NCBI GenBank assembly: GCA_035717865.1
Contig: DASTIE010000177.1
Coordinates: forward strand, 547-64,546
Origin: Candidatus Limnocylindrales bacterium
GTDB taxonomy: Bacteria; Chloroflexota; Limnocylindria; Limnocylindrales; CSP1-4
Direction of reading: 5' to 3'
DNA: 64,000 nucleotides
Below the pieces are notes generated by a model. The model was not told the DNA's origin, ran no database searches, and saw only the letters and a list, made by a program, of their open reading frames with translations. The translations under genes were made by a program, and so were the position numbers. Position 1 is the stretch's first letter. The number at the start of each line of letters is the position of its first letter. Positions 9,520 through 19,108 of this stretch are shown piece after piece.

Positions 9520-10419
9520 GTGACCTCGACCGCGATCGATTCACCGGGGGCCGCCGGCCTCCGCGAGCGAGCCGGGGATCGCCTGCGCAACGCCCTGCTG
9601 GTCCTGCCCGGGATCGGCTGGCTCCTGCTGTTCTTCGTCGTCCCGCTCGCGTTCATCGTCGTCATCAGCCTCGGGCGGCGTGACGAGCTGCACCGGATCG
9701 TCCTCGATCCGCTGACGCTCGAGAACTACGCGCAGGTCTTCAACCCGATCTTCCTGCCGACGATCGTCCAGTCGCTGTACCTGGCGACAGCGACGACCGT
9801 GGTGTCGCTGGCGATCGGCTTTCCCATCGCGTACTGGATCTCGCGCTACGGCGGGCACCGGAAGACCCTCCTGCTCGTCCTCGTCATGCTGCCGTTCTGG
9901 ACGAGCTGGCTGATCCGGACCTACTCCTGGATGATCGTGCTCCGGGACAACGGCGTCGTGAACCAGGCGCTCCAGGCGGTCGGGCTGACGCAGGAGCCGC
10001 TCATCCTCCTCTACACCGACTTCTCGGTGATCCTGGGCATGGTCTACGGCTTCCTGCCGTTCACGATCCTCCCGCTGTTCGTCTCGATCGACCGGCTGGA
10101 CCCGAACCTCATCGCGGCGGCCCGCGATCTGTATGCGGACGGGCGCCAGGCGTTCCTGCACGTCACGCTGCCGCTCGTGCGGCCGGGGCTGATCGCCGCG
10201 GCGCTGCTGACGTTCATCCCGGCGATGGGCGACTTCGTCACCCCGGACATCCTCGGCGGCGGGCAGGTCACGACGATCGCCAAGGTGATCCAGGAGCGCT
10301 TCCTCGACGGGCGCGACTGGCCGTACGGCTCGGCGCTGGGCTTCGTGCTCACGATCCTGACGCTGCTCGGCACGCTCGTCGCCCTGCGGACGCTCCGGCG
10401 CGAGGTCGTCGGCGAGTGA
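9520..10419 (+). CDS. ABC transporter permease (PotB-like)
   Basis: Six TM helices; permease signature region in the PotB family. Confidence 0.8.
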   Translation: MTSTAIDSPGAAGLRERAGDRLRNALLVLPGIGWLLLFFVVPLAFIVVISLGRRDELHRIVLDPLTLENYAQVFNPIFLPTIVQSLYLATATTVVSLAIGFPIAYWISRYGGHRKTLLLVLVMLPFWTSWLIRTYSWMIVLRDNGVVNQALQAVGLTQEPLILLYTDFSVILGMVYGFLPFTILPLFVSIDRLDPNLIAAARDLYADGRQAFLHVTLPLVRPGLIAAALLTFIPAMGDFVTPDILGGGQVTTIAKVIQERFLDGRDWPYGSALGFVLTILTLLGTLVALRTLRREVVGE

Positions 10420-11231
10420 GCCACGAGCGCAACCGCTGGCTCGCCGCGTTCGCGGTCACGGTCTACGCGTTCCTGTTCGCGCCGATCGTGATCCTGATCA
10501 TCTTCAGCTTCAACGACGCGCGACGGGTTTTCGTCTGGCGCGGCTTCACCACGGAGTGGTACGGCAGGCTGTTCGCGAACGACGATCTGCTCGACGCCGT
10601 GCTGGTCACGTTCCAGGTCGCGGCGGTGGCGGTGGTGGTCTCGACCGTCATCGGCGCTGCACTCGGGCTTGGGCTGGCGCGGTTGCGCGGACGGGGCCGC
10701 GCGCCGGCGGAGATGCTGCTGCTGCTGCCGATCGTCACGCCGGAGATCGTGATGGGCCTGTCGCTGCTGCTGTTCTTCCTGCAGCTGTTCGACAGCACCG
10801 GGTCCTTCGGGCAGCTCTCGATCGCCCACGTCACGTTCTGCATCTCGTACGTGGCGATCACCGTGCGGGCGCGCGCGGCGGGCATGGACCCGCAGCTGGA
10901 GGAGGCCGCGCGGGATCTCGGCGACACCGCGCTCGGGGCGCTGCGGCACGTCACGCTGCCGCTGATCATGCCGGCCGTGGTGGCGGGCGCGCTCCTGGCG
11001 TTCGCGCTCAGCTTCGACGACTACGTCGTGACGGTCTTCAACTCCGGCATTGGCACCACGACCCTCCCGCTGTACATCTACAGCGCGATCAAGTTCGGGG
11101 TCTCGCCGGAGATCAACGCGATCTCGACGATCATCGTCGCGGTGGTGTCGCTCGCGCTGCTGATCGCGTGGCGGCTCGGCGCGTTCCGCGGCGCGGCCCG
11201 CACCCCGGTCGCGGAGCCGGAGGCCGCGTAG
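10416..11231 (+). CDS. ABC transporter permease (PotC-like)
   Basis: Start overlaps the preceding stop; polytopic membrane protein of the PotC family. Confidence 0.8.
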   Translation: MSHERNRWLAAFAVTVYAFLFAPIVILIIFSFNDARRVFVWRGFTTEWYGRLFANDDLLDAVLVTFQVAAVAVVVSTVIGAALGLGLARLRGRGRAPAEMLLLLPIVTPEIVMGLSLLLFFLQLFDSTGSFGQLSIAHVTFCISYVAITVRARAAGMDPQLEEAARDLGDTALGALRHVTLPLIMPAVVAGALLAFALSFDDYVVTVFNSGIGTTTLPLYIYSAIKFGVSPEINAISTIIVAVVSLALLIAWRLGAFRGAARTPVAEPEAA

Positions 11232-11274
11232 GGGCTGCTGCGGCCGCCTCGAGTCCGCGGCACCGCCGCGGGCC

Positions 11275-12459
11275 CTACTTCCCGAGCGGGACCTGCTTCT
11301 TCGCGTCGAGGAATGGGATCGCGGCGCTGGCAGCGGGCCAGAGCTCACCGTCCGGCGCGACGATCTCGAGCTCGGTGCCGGGGCCGGACAGCTCGATCGG
11401 CAGCCAGACGTAGCCGATGTTCTTCTCGAGGCGCGGCGACCAGATGAGGTCGGTCACGGTCCCGACGGGCTCGCCGCGGTGCAGTGCCGGCCGCTTCTCC
11501 GAGAGCTCGAACGGCAGCGGGGCCCCGGGCGCCTCGATTCCCACCAGCTTCCGCGAGACTCCCTTGGCCCGGATCTCCTCGAGTGCGGCCTTGCCGATGT
11601 AGTCGGCCGCCTGCTCCTCGACGAGCCGCTCCAGGCCCATCACCTCGAACGGGTTGTTGTCGATCGTCATGTCCGAGCCGTAGTTGAAGATGCCGGCCTC
11701 GATGCGGCGGGCCTCCACGGGCGCGACCGGCCGGATGTCGAACTCCCTGCCCGCCTCGAAGACGCGATCCCACAGGTCGGCGCCGCGCGCCGGATCGCGC
11801 AGGTAGACCTCGTACCCGACCTCGCCCGTCCAGCCCGTCCGGCTGATGACGACGGGGATGCCGTCGACCTCGGTGGTAAGGGTCCAGTAGTACTTGATGT
11901 TGTCGATCGCCGGACCGAAGACCTTCCGCAGCGTGTCCTTCGACTTCGGGCCCTGGACCTGGATCGGGTAGATCTCGGGCTCACGGACCTTGACGTCCAT
12001 GCCCGAGTTGACCGCGATTCCGCGGGCATACAGGCCGGCGTCGCTGTCGGCGAGCGCCAGCCACCACCGGTTCTCCTCGACCCGGAGCAGCACCGGATCG
12101 TTCACGATCCCGCCGTCGTCCGCGGTGATGAGGACGTACTTGCCCTGCCCGACGGCGCACTTCGTCAGGTCGCGGCACGTCAGGAGGTTCGTGAAGGCGG
12201 ACGCGTCCGGGCCGGTGATCTCGACGATCCGCTCCACCGACACGTCCCAGACGGTGACGCCGTTCAGGAGCGCCCAGTATTCCTCCACCGGGTCGGCGTA
12301 GTAGCCGGGCAGGTACATGTGGTTGTAGATGTCGTAGGCCGAGCAGCCGGCGTCGAGGGTCTTCTCGAAGAACGGCGAGCGGCGGTACCAGGGCCCGAAG
12401 TAGAGGGTGCTGGACGTCGGCCGGGCGGCGGGTCGGGTGACGGTTTCGAGGGCATTCAT
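11275..12459 (-). CDS. GcvT-family aminomethyltransferase (folate-binding; stand-alone)
   Basis: Start taken at MNALETV (12459). GcvT fold motifs (WDVS, the conserved GYTGE motif (here TGWTGEVGYEV), folate-binding C-terminal barrel). Glycine cleavage T protein family, but not in a gcv context. Confidence 0.7.
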   Translation of the reverse strand: MNALETVTRPAARPTSSTLYFGPWYRRSPFFEKTLDAGCSAYDIYNHMYLPGYYADPVEEYWALLNGVTVWDVSVERIVEITGPDASAFTNLLTCRDLTKCAVGQGKYVLITADDGGIVNDPVLLRVEENRWWLALADSDAGLYARGIAVNSGMDVKVREPEIYPIQVQGPKSKDTLRKVFGPAIDNIKYYWTLTTEVDGIPVVISRTGWTGEVGYEVYLRDPARGADLWDRVFEAGREFDIRPVAPVEARRIEAGIFNYGSDMTIDNNPFEVMGLERLVEEQAADYIGKAALEEIRAKGVSRKLVGIEAPGAPLPFELSEKRPALHRGEPVGTVTDLIWSPRLEKNIGYVWLPIELSGPGTELEIVAPDGELWPAASAAIPFLDAKKQVPLGK

Positions 12460-12536
12460 CGGGTGGGCTCCTTTGCGCTGCGTGGCGAGTTGCGCTCCGT
12501 GGCGGGGTGCGCGGGCGTGCTGGCGCCGCGTCGGGA

Positions 12537-14813
12537 TCATCCTTCGGCGCCGCCAGGGTCTTCGTAGTCCCAGGCCGGATCCGCAACGTCCGCGGTGACG
12601 ACCAGCGCATCGACGGCTATGGCACCGCCGGGGCCCGCGATGACCGGGTTGAGGTCCACCTCCAGCCACGTCGGGTTCGCGAGCATCGCCCGGCCCAGCG
12701 CGGCGACCGCCTCGGCGACGGCACGCCGCCTGACGGTCGGCAGGTTGCGCGGACCGTCGAGGATGCGGGCGCCGCGGAGCTCGCCCAGCATCGCGAGCGC
12801 CTCGTCCTCCGTGACCGGGGCAAGGCGCACGGCGACATCGTCGATGGCCTCGGCCAGGATCCCGCCGAGGCCCACCAGCACCAGCGGTCCGAACTGCGCG
12901 TCGCGGCGGCCGCCGACGATCAGCTCGACACCGGGCTTGACCATGGGCTGGACCAGGACGCCGCGCGATGCGGTCGGGTGCATGGCGCGGATCGCGCGCC
13001 CGAGCGTCGTCGGGTCGGCGATTCCGAGGGCGACGCCCCCGGCATCGGTCTTGTGGGCGAAGCCCGGCGCGTCCACCTTGACGACCACCGGCCAGCCGTA
13101 GCCCTGTGCCGCTGCGGTGGCCTCGGCGACCATGGCGTCCTCGTCATCGATCCGGACCGCGGTGGATTCGACCATCGGCAGGCCTGCGGCGCGCAGGAGC
13201 TCAAGCGACTCGCGCTCGGGCATGGCTCGCGGCGTCGCTGAGCTCGGCCGACCCACGCGGCCGTGGATGTAGCGCGGGGTCGCGGACGCGAGGGCGGGCC
13301 ACGCGGCCCGGACGGGGCCGTCGGTGATCCGCGCGGCCCGCCGGCGTTCCCACCACGCCAGCTTCGCGATGGCCCCGAACGCGGTCCGCGTGCCGCGGAG
13401 GATCGGCACCCCGCCCGCGGCGTCCATCTGGGCCTCCACCTCTTGCGTCACGTCGCCGGAGGTGAGCGAGACGAAGACGGGCAGGACCTGCGGCGCCTCG
13501 GCCGTCGCGGCGACGAGCTCCGCGCCCAGCTCCACGGCCAGTGCCACTTCGCCCGGCTGCGAGCGGTACGGGAAATCATGGACCAGTGCGACGACGTCGT
13601 AGGCGCCGCTCGCGACGAACGCCTCGAAGCAGGCACGGTACGTCGGGGCGCCTTCGTCGGCGCCCCACGGGTCCAGCGGGTTCTCGATGTGGGTGAGCGT
13701 CGGGAGGGCCTGGGCGATCCGGGCGCGAGCCTCCGCGGGGATCGGCGGCAGGTCCAACCCGAGCGTGGGCGCGAGGTCGGCGACCAGGGAGCCCTCACCG
13801 GTCGAGACGGTCAGGACGCCCGTCCGTCCCTTCCCCACCCCGCGCCCCAGGCGCCGAGCCCGGCTCGCCAGCGCGGCAGCCTCGATGAGGTCGTCGAGGT
13901 CGTCGAACCGGACGACGCCCGCGGCCCGGAGCGCGGCATCGACCGCGCGGTCGTCGCCGGCGAGGTTGCCGGTGTGGGCCACGGCGGCCGCACGTGCCTG
14001 CGAGCTCCGCCCGACCTTCAGCGCGAGGATCGGCTTGCCCTCCGCCAGCGCCCGGTCCGCGAGAGCCAGGAAACGCTCCGGCCGCTTGAAGCCCTCGACG
14101 AACAGGACGATCGAGTCCGTGTGGGGATCGTCGAGGCATGCGGCGAGGTGGTCGCAGAGGTCGAGGACGGCTTCCGAGCCGACGCTGACGATCCGGCTCC
14201 AGCCGATCCGCGTGCCGGCGTGGACGAACGCGTCCGTCACGCTCCCGGACTGGGCGATCGCCGCGGTGCCGCCGCGGCGCAGGTTCGGCGGCAGGTCGTC
14301 GATGTACGTCGCGGACGGCGCCGTGAGGTCGACGAGGCCCATGCAGTTCGGGCCGAGGAGCGCGATGCCGGCCTCGCGGGCGATCGCGGCGACCTCGCGC
14401 TGCATCGCCGCGGCAGGCTCCCCGCCCTCCACGATCCCGCCGCCCGGGATGATCACGGCGCGTACGCCCGCCGCCGCTACCTCGCGAACGACGCCCGCGG
14501 CGCGCAGCGGGTTCAGGGCCACGACGACCGCGTCGGGCACCTCCGGCAGGCCGGCGAGATCCGGGTAGGCGGGACTGCCGTCGATCTCCTCGTAGCGGGG
14601 ATTCACGAAGAAGCAGCGGGTCTCGCTCCCGACCTTGGCGATGTTGTCCCGCATGGTCCGCGCGAGGTCGGAACGCGGCGACGCGCCCACGACCGCCACG
14701 GAGCGGGGCGCGTACAGCGGGCGGAGGTCGATCTCCGGGTGCCGCGCGGCGCCCGGTGTCGTGGCCTCGCTCGCCTTCGCGGTCTCGCCCGTCGCCCCCG
14801 CCGCCGCGCTCAT
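12537..14813 (-). CDS. Acyl-CoA synthetase (NDP/ADP-forming), fused alpha+beta domains
   Basis: N-terminal CoA-binding domain (VAVVGAS..NPR), a succinyl-CoA-synthetase-like alpha domain and an ATP-grasp domain. ATGA overlap with the upstream ACAD stop. Confidence 0.75.
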   Translation of the reverse strand: MSAAAGATGETAKASEATTPGAARHPEIDLRPLYAPRSVAVVGASPRSDLARTMRDNIAKVGSETRCFFVNPRYEEIDGSPAYPDLAGLPEVPDAVVVALNPLRAAGVVREVAAAGVRAVIIPGGGIVEGGEPAAAMQREVAAIAREAGIALLGPNCMGLVDLTAPSATYIDDLPPNLRRGGTAAIAQSGSVTDAFVHAGTRIGWSRIVSVGSEAVLDLCDHLAACLDDPHTDSIVLFVEGFKRPERFLALADRALAEGKPILALKVGRSSQARAAAVAHTGNLAGDDRAVDAALRAAGVVRFDDLDDLIEAAALASRARRLGRGVGKGRTGVLTVSTGEGSLVADLAPTLGLDLPPIPAEARARIAQALPTLTHIENPLDPWGADEGAPTYRACFEAFVASGAYDVVALVHDFPYRSQPGEVALAVELGAELVAATAEAPQVLPVFVSLTSGDVTQEVEAQMDAAGGVPILRGTRTAFGAIAKLAWWERRRAARITDGPVRAAWPALASATPRYIHGRVGRPSSATPRAMPERESLELLRAAGLPMVESTAVRIDDEDAMVAEATAAAQGYGWPVVVKVDAPGFAHKTDAGGVALGIADPTTLGRAIRAMHPTASRGVLVQPMVKPGVELIVGGRRDAQFGPLVLVGLGGILAEAIDDVAVRLAPVTEDEALAMLGELRGARILDGPRNLPTVRRRAVAEAVAALGRAMLANPTWLEVDLNPVIAGPGGAIAVDALVVTADVADPAWDYEDPGGAEG

Positions 14814-15979
14814 CCGACGACCTTGTCGACCCCGCGCCGCTCAAGCGAGCGCGCGATGATCAGGCGCTGGATCTCGCTCGTGCCCTCCCAGATCCGGTCC
14901 ACGCGGAGCTCGCGCATGTAGCGCTCGGCGGGGTTGTCCCGCATGTAGCCGCGACCGCCGAACACCTGGACGACGCGGTCGGCGCAGATGAACGCGGCCT
15001 CGGAGGCGAAGAGCTTCGCGAGGGACGCCTTCGCGTGGACGACCTTGGGCTCGACGTCCGCATCGGCCATCGCCGCGGCTTCGCGGGTCAGCAGCCGCGC
15101 CGCCGACGCGTCGGCCGCCGAGTTGGCCAGGGGGAACGACACGCCCTGGAAGTCGAAGATCCGTTGCCCGAACTGGACCCGCTCCGTCGCCCACTCGACC
15201 GCGATCGTGAGCAGCCGCTCCATGGCCCCGGTGCAGCGCGCGCCGATGTGGATCCGCTCCGTCACGAACCACTCGTTCGCGAGATTGTCGGCCTCCCCCA
15301 CCCCGCCCAGGCGTGCCGTGTCCGGCACGCGCACGTCCTCGAGCACGAACTGCGGATGCCGATCCGCGAACGTGTGCATGTAGTTCGGGTCGTCCTGCAT
15401 GGTCAGGCCGGGCGCGTCGTAGTCGACCAGGAACAGCGTGGGCCGCCGTTCGGAACCCTCCACGACCATCGCCTGCACGACCATGAAGTCGGTGTTGTCG
15501 GGGCCCGTCACGAACCACTTCTCGCCGTTGATGATCCAGTCGCCGCCGTCCCGCGTCGCCGTCGTCTGCAGCGACCGGGCATCCGAGCCCGCACCCGGCT
15601 CCGTCACGGCATACGCGCCAAAGCGCTCACCGCGGAGTGACGGCTCCAGGTACCGCTTCCGCTGGTCCGCGTCCGCGTGTGCGAGGACCTCGTACGCGCC
15701 CGGAACATACGACCACAGGCCGCCTGTCACCTGCCCGTACTGCTCATGGACGAGCACCTGCTCGAGCACGGACCAGCCACCACCGCCGACCGAGACCGGC
15801 AGCTCGCCGCCGGCGAGGCCCGCCTGGATCGCCGCCTGCCGCAGCTCACGAGCCTGGTGCGGCGGCAGCCGCCCGCCCGCGCGCTCGAACTCGATCTCGA
15901 CGGGCTGCAGGACCTCGACCACGAACCGCCGCGCGCGGTCGCGCAGGGCCTCCTGGGCGGGCGTCAGCGAGAGGTCCAC
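14810..15979 (-). CDS. Acyl-CoA dehydrogenase
   Basis: ACAD N-terminal, middle and C-terminal domain pattern (AYAVTEPGAGSD, GEKWFVTG). Confidence 0.8.
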   Translation of the reverse strand: MDLSLTPAQEALRDRARRFVVEVLQPVEIEFERAGGRLPPHQARELRQAAIQAGLAGGELPVSVGGGGWSVLEQVLVHEQYGQVTGGLWSYVPGAYEVLAHADADQRKRYLEPSLRGERFGAYAVTEPGAGSDARSLQTTATRDGGDWIINGEKWFVTGPDNTDFMVVQAMVVEGSERRPTLFLVDYDAPGLTMQDDPNYMHTFADRHPQFVLEDVRVPDTARLGGVGEADNLANEWFVTERIHIGARCTGAMERLLTIAVEWATERVQFGQRIFDFQGVSFPLANSAADASAARLLTREAAAMADADVEPKVVHAKASLAKLFASEAAFICADRVVQVFGGRGYMRDNPAERYMRELRVDRIWEGTSEIQRLIIARSLERRGVDKVVG

Positions 15980-16000
15980 CTGACGCGTCCGCTCAGGCGC

Positions 16001-17728
16001 TCAGCTGCCGGCCGCCGCGGCGCCGGCCTTCGCCGAGGCGCCCTTCGCCGAGGAACCGGACCCGTTGCCGCTGCCGGCTTTCGCGCGGTCGATCGCCTTC
16101 GCCCGATCCTTGAGCACTGCCTGCGCCGCCAGCTTGCCCGGCGCGCCCATGACACAGCCGCCGGGATGCGTGCCGGAGCCGCACTGGTAGTAGCCGTCGA
16201 TCGGGGTGCGGTAGTTGGCCCAGCCGATTGCGGGCCGCATGAACCACATCTGGGGCGCGAGGAACTCGCCCGCGAAGATGTTGCCCTCGCTGAGGCCGAC
16301 GGTCCGCTCGATGTCGAGCGGGGTCCGGATCTCCCGCTGGAGCACCAGCGAGCCGAACCCGGGGAAGAACGACTCGAGCGTCGCCTGGACGGTGTCGCCG
16401 AGGCCCTCCCTCTCCGTGTCCCAGTCGCTCTCGCGCAGCTCGTACGGCGCGTACTGGACGAAGCAGCTCATCACGGCCTTGCCGGCCGGCGCCATGTCCG
16501 GATCCACGGTCGACTGGATGGCCGTGTCGAGGTACGGCCGCTTCGAGTACCAGCCGTATTTGGCGTCGTCGAAGGCCCGCTCGAGGTACTCCATCGACGG
16601 CCCGATGTTGGTGAACCCGCGGTACTGATCGGTGCGGTCGCCGAGGGCCGGGTACTTCGGAATCCCGTCGAGCGCGAAGTTGACCTTCGCCGAGGTTCCC
16701 TGGAAGCGGAACCGCCGGATCTGGTCCACGAGCTCCGTCGGAAGCTCACGGGGGTCGACCAGCTCCATGAAGGTTCGTCGCGGATCGAGGGCCGAGATCA
16801 CGATCGGGGCGTGGAACTCGGCGCCGTCCGCGAGGGCCACGCCGGTCGCGCGACCCTCGGTCGTGATCACCCGCTCGACCGGCGATTCGAGCCGGATCTC
16901 CACGCCGAAGCTCTCCGCCGCGCGCGCAAGCACCTTCGTGAACCCGCCGTTGCCCTGCTTGTGGAAGGCCCACGCGCCGAACTCGCCGTCGTGCTCGCCG
17001 ATGAGGTGGTAGAGCAGCACTAGCCCGGAGCCCTGCGAGTACGGCCCGACCTTCGTACCGATGATCGCCGTGGATGCGAGGTAGCCCTTCAGCAGGTCCG
17101 ACTCGAAGTAGTCGTCGAGGAAGTCCGCGGCCGAGCCGGTCAGCAGGCGGATCGCGTCGTGCAGGACCTTCCGGTCGAGCTTCCGGAAGCGCGAGCCCAT
17201 CGCGGCGAGGCGGATGAGCTCCTCCGGGTCGTCGCTCCAGAAGTCCGGCGGCGCCTCGTCCATGAGCGGCTTGAGCGCCTGGAGGACGCGGTTGACGTCG
17301 TGGTTGTAGGCGTCGTACGCGTCGGCGTCATGGGCCGAGTGCCGGGCGATCTCCTTGTGGTTCTCGCCGTGATCCTGCCCGAAGAGCATGTAGTCGCCGT
17401 CCTCCTTCGGGCAGAAGGTCGTCGGCATGAGGATCGGCATGAAGCCGTGCTTCACGAGATCCAGCTCGTGGATGATGTCCGGCCGGAGCAGGCTCAGCGC
17501 GTACGAGAAGCTCGTGAACCAGAAGCCCGGCCGGAGCTCCTCCGTGATCGCCGCGCCGCCGAAGATCGGCCGGCGCTCGAGGACGAGCGTCTTCAGGCCG
17601 GCCCTGGCGAGGTAGGCGGCGTTCGTGAGCCCGTTGTGGCCGCCGCCGATGACGATCGCGTCCCAGGTCCGATCGTCGCGAGTGGCCTTCGCGCCGTTGC
17701 CGGCGCTGGACCCGTTGCTCTTCGCCAT
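16001..17728 (-). CDS. FAD/NAD(P)-binding oxidoreductase (phytoene-desaturase/amine-oxidase-like)
   Basis: Start at MAKSNG (17728). Rossmann dinucleotide motif AIVIGGGHNGL. The 915 aa track ORF 16001-18748 is a read-through of two genes. Confidence 0.7.
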   Translation of the reverse strand: MAKSNGSSAGNGAKATRDDRTWDAIVIGGGHNGLTNAAYLARAGLKTLVLERRPIFGGAAITEELRPGFWFTSFSYALSLLRPDIIHELDLVKHGFMPILMPTTFCPKEDGDYMLFGQDHGENHKEIARHSAHDADAYDAYNHDVNRVLQALKPLMDEAPPDFWSDDPEELIRLAAMGSRFRKLDRKVLHDAIRLLTGSAADFLDDYFESDLLKGYLASTAIIGTKVGPYSQGSGLVLLYHLIGEHDGEFGAWAFHKQGNGGFTKVLARAAESFGVEIRLESPVERVITTEGRATGVALADGAEFHAPIVISALDPRRTFMELVDPRELPTELVDQIRRFRFQGTSAKVNFALDGIPKYPALGDRTDQYRGFTNIGPSMEYLERAFDDAKYGWYSKRPYLDTAIQSTVDPDMAPAGKAVMSCFVQYAPYELRESDWDTEREGLGDTVQATLESFFPGFGSLVLQREIRTPLDIERTVGLSEGNIFAGEFLAPQMWFMRPAIGWANYRTPIDGYYQCGSGTHPGGCVMGAPGKLAAQAVLKDRAKAIDRAKAGSGNGSGSSAKGASAKAGAAAAGS

Positions 17729-17730
17729 GG

Positions 17731-19062
17731 TCAGGCCGTCCTTCGCTGCGGGTTGAACAGGGGGAGCTTGGAGACCTCGGCGTCGAAGTACTCGTAGCGG
17801 TGGCGCACGCCCGCCTCCAGCTTGACCTTCGAACCCGGGGCCTGGCGGTCGATTGGCACACGCGCGAGGGCGATGTGCCGCTGGAGCATCGGCGAGTACA
17901 TCTGGCTCGTGGCGTAGCCGAGCTGGTTCAGCTCGTCGTCGTAGACGTAGTACTCGTCCTGGACCGGCGTGTGGTCCTTGGGCGGGATGAGGCCCGCCTC
18001 GTCGTAGATCCGGTCGTAGTCCTTCCAGTCGACGACCAGCCCGGTCATGACCCAGCGCGAGCTCCGATCGTGCAGCTCCCGCTTGATCGCGTCGCGGCCG
18101 ATGAACGCGCGGCCGTTCGGGCTCGAGCCGTTGCCGTTCGACGCGGCCTTCCGACCGCCCGCTCCCGCTGCCCCAGCGGCCCCCGCCGCCGCGCCGGCGC
18201 CGGGCGCGAGATCGCGGAACATCCAGCCGAACCCGAGCTCGATCGGTGTCGAGCGGTCGGCGTCCGTCCAGGCGTACCGCGACGAGTGGAAGTCGACGTC
18301 CAGGAGGATCAACCCCGCCTCGATGCGCGCCATGTACAGCGCGGTCATGCCGAACGGGATCAGCGCGCGCGGCTCGCCGACCTCGAAGATCGCGTCCCAC
18401 ACCCGCAGCGCGCCGTCTGCCGGCGTCCAGACCTCGTAGCCGAGGTCGCCCGTGTAGCCCGTCCGCGACACGATCACGTCCACGCCGGCGATCTTCGTAC
18501 GCGTGAGCGCGAAGTAGTCGAGGGCGGCGATCGCCGGGGCCACGGCGGCGAGAATCTCGCGCGACCGGGGGCCCTGGACGGAGAGGATGCCCCAGGCGTC
18601 CGTGACGTCCTCGATCGCGAGGTCGAGGCTGCCGGCGAGGCCCTGGAAGTAGGCAAGGTTGGGCTCGGCGGCCGTCAGGAGGTACTCGTCCTCGGAGAGC
18701 CGCAACAGGACGCCGTCCTCGATCACGAAGCCGCGGTCGTCGCACCACAGCGTGTATTGCGCCCGGCCCACGGCGAGCTTGCGGGTGTCCCGCGCGAGGA
18801 CGCCGGCGAGGTAACGCTGCGCGTCCGGGCCCTGGAAGCGGTACTTGTAGAGCGGCGACGTGTCAAACGCGCCGGCCGCGTTCCGGATGGCGAAGTACTC
18901 GAACTTCTCGGACATCTGGTAGCGCTGGGCGACGAGGCAGTTCGACCAGTGCTCCCAGAGGCCCGTCTCGTTCCGGGCGCTCGTTCGCTCGTGGAAGGGC
19001 GTCGTCCGGATCACGTCGAGTGTCGCTCCCCTGCCCGCTGCGCTGCGTTGGACCCCAGGCAT
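17731..19062 (-). CDS. GcvT-family aminomethyltransferase, second stand-alone copy
   Basis: GcvT-like motifs (ILSVQGP, SRTGYTGDLGYEV), with a Gly/Ala-rich insertion. First gene of the minus-strand operon. Confidence 0.7.
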   Translation of the reverse strand: MPGVQRSAAGRGATLDVIRTTPFHERTSARNETGLWEHWSNCLVAQRYQMSEKFEYFAIRNAAGAFDTSPLYKYRFQGPDAQRYLAGVLARDTRKLAVGRAQYTLWCDDRGFVIEDGVLLRLSEDEYLLTAAEPNLAYFQGLAGSLDLAIEDVTDAWGILSVQGPRSREILAAVAPAIAALDYFALTRTKIAGVDVIVSRTGYTGDLGYEVWTPADGALRVWDAIFEVGEPRALIPFGMTALYMARIEAGLILLDVDFHSSRYAWTDADRSTPIELGFGWMFRDLAPGAGAAAGAAGAAGAGGRKAASNGNGSSPNGRAFIGRDAIKRELHDRSSRWVMTGLVVDWKDYDRIYDEAGLIPPKDHTPVQDEYYVYDDELNQLGYATSQMYSPMLQRHIALARVPIDRQAPGSKVKLEAGVRHRYEYFDAEVSKLPLFNPQRRTA

Positions 19063-19071
19063 GGTAGAGCG

Positions 19072-19093
19072 CTATTGGACAGTTGCGCAATAG
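19072..19093 (+). promoter_or_regulatory. Perfect palindrome CTATTG-N10-CAATAG in the divergent promoter region between the GcvT-like gene and tetR
   Basis: Inverted repeat 10 nt from the GcvT-like start (19062) and 16 nt from the tetR GTG (19109). Followed by TAGGTG. Confidence 0.5.
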
Positions 19094-19108
19094 GTGTAGG
19101 CTCCGCGC

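Noticed and set aside
16001-18748. 915-aa ORF suggesting a fusion of oxidoreductase and an upstream protein
   Set aside because: The upstream part is out of frame with the real GcvT-like gene (17731-19062). The oxidoreductase starts at its own Met (17728), 2 nt after the GcvT-like stop.
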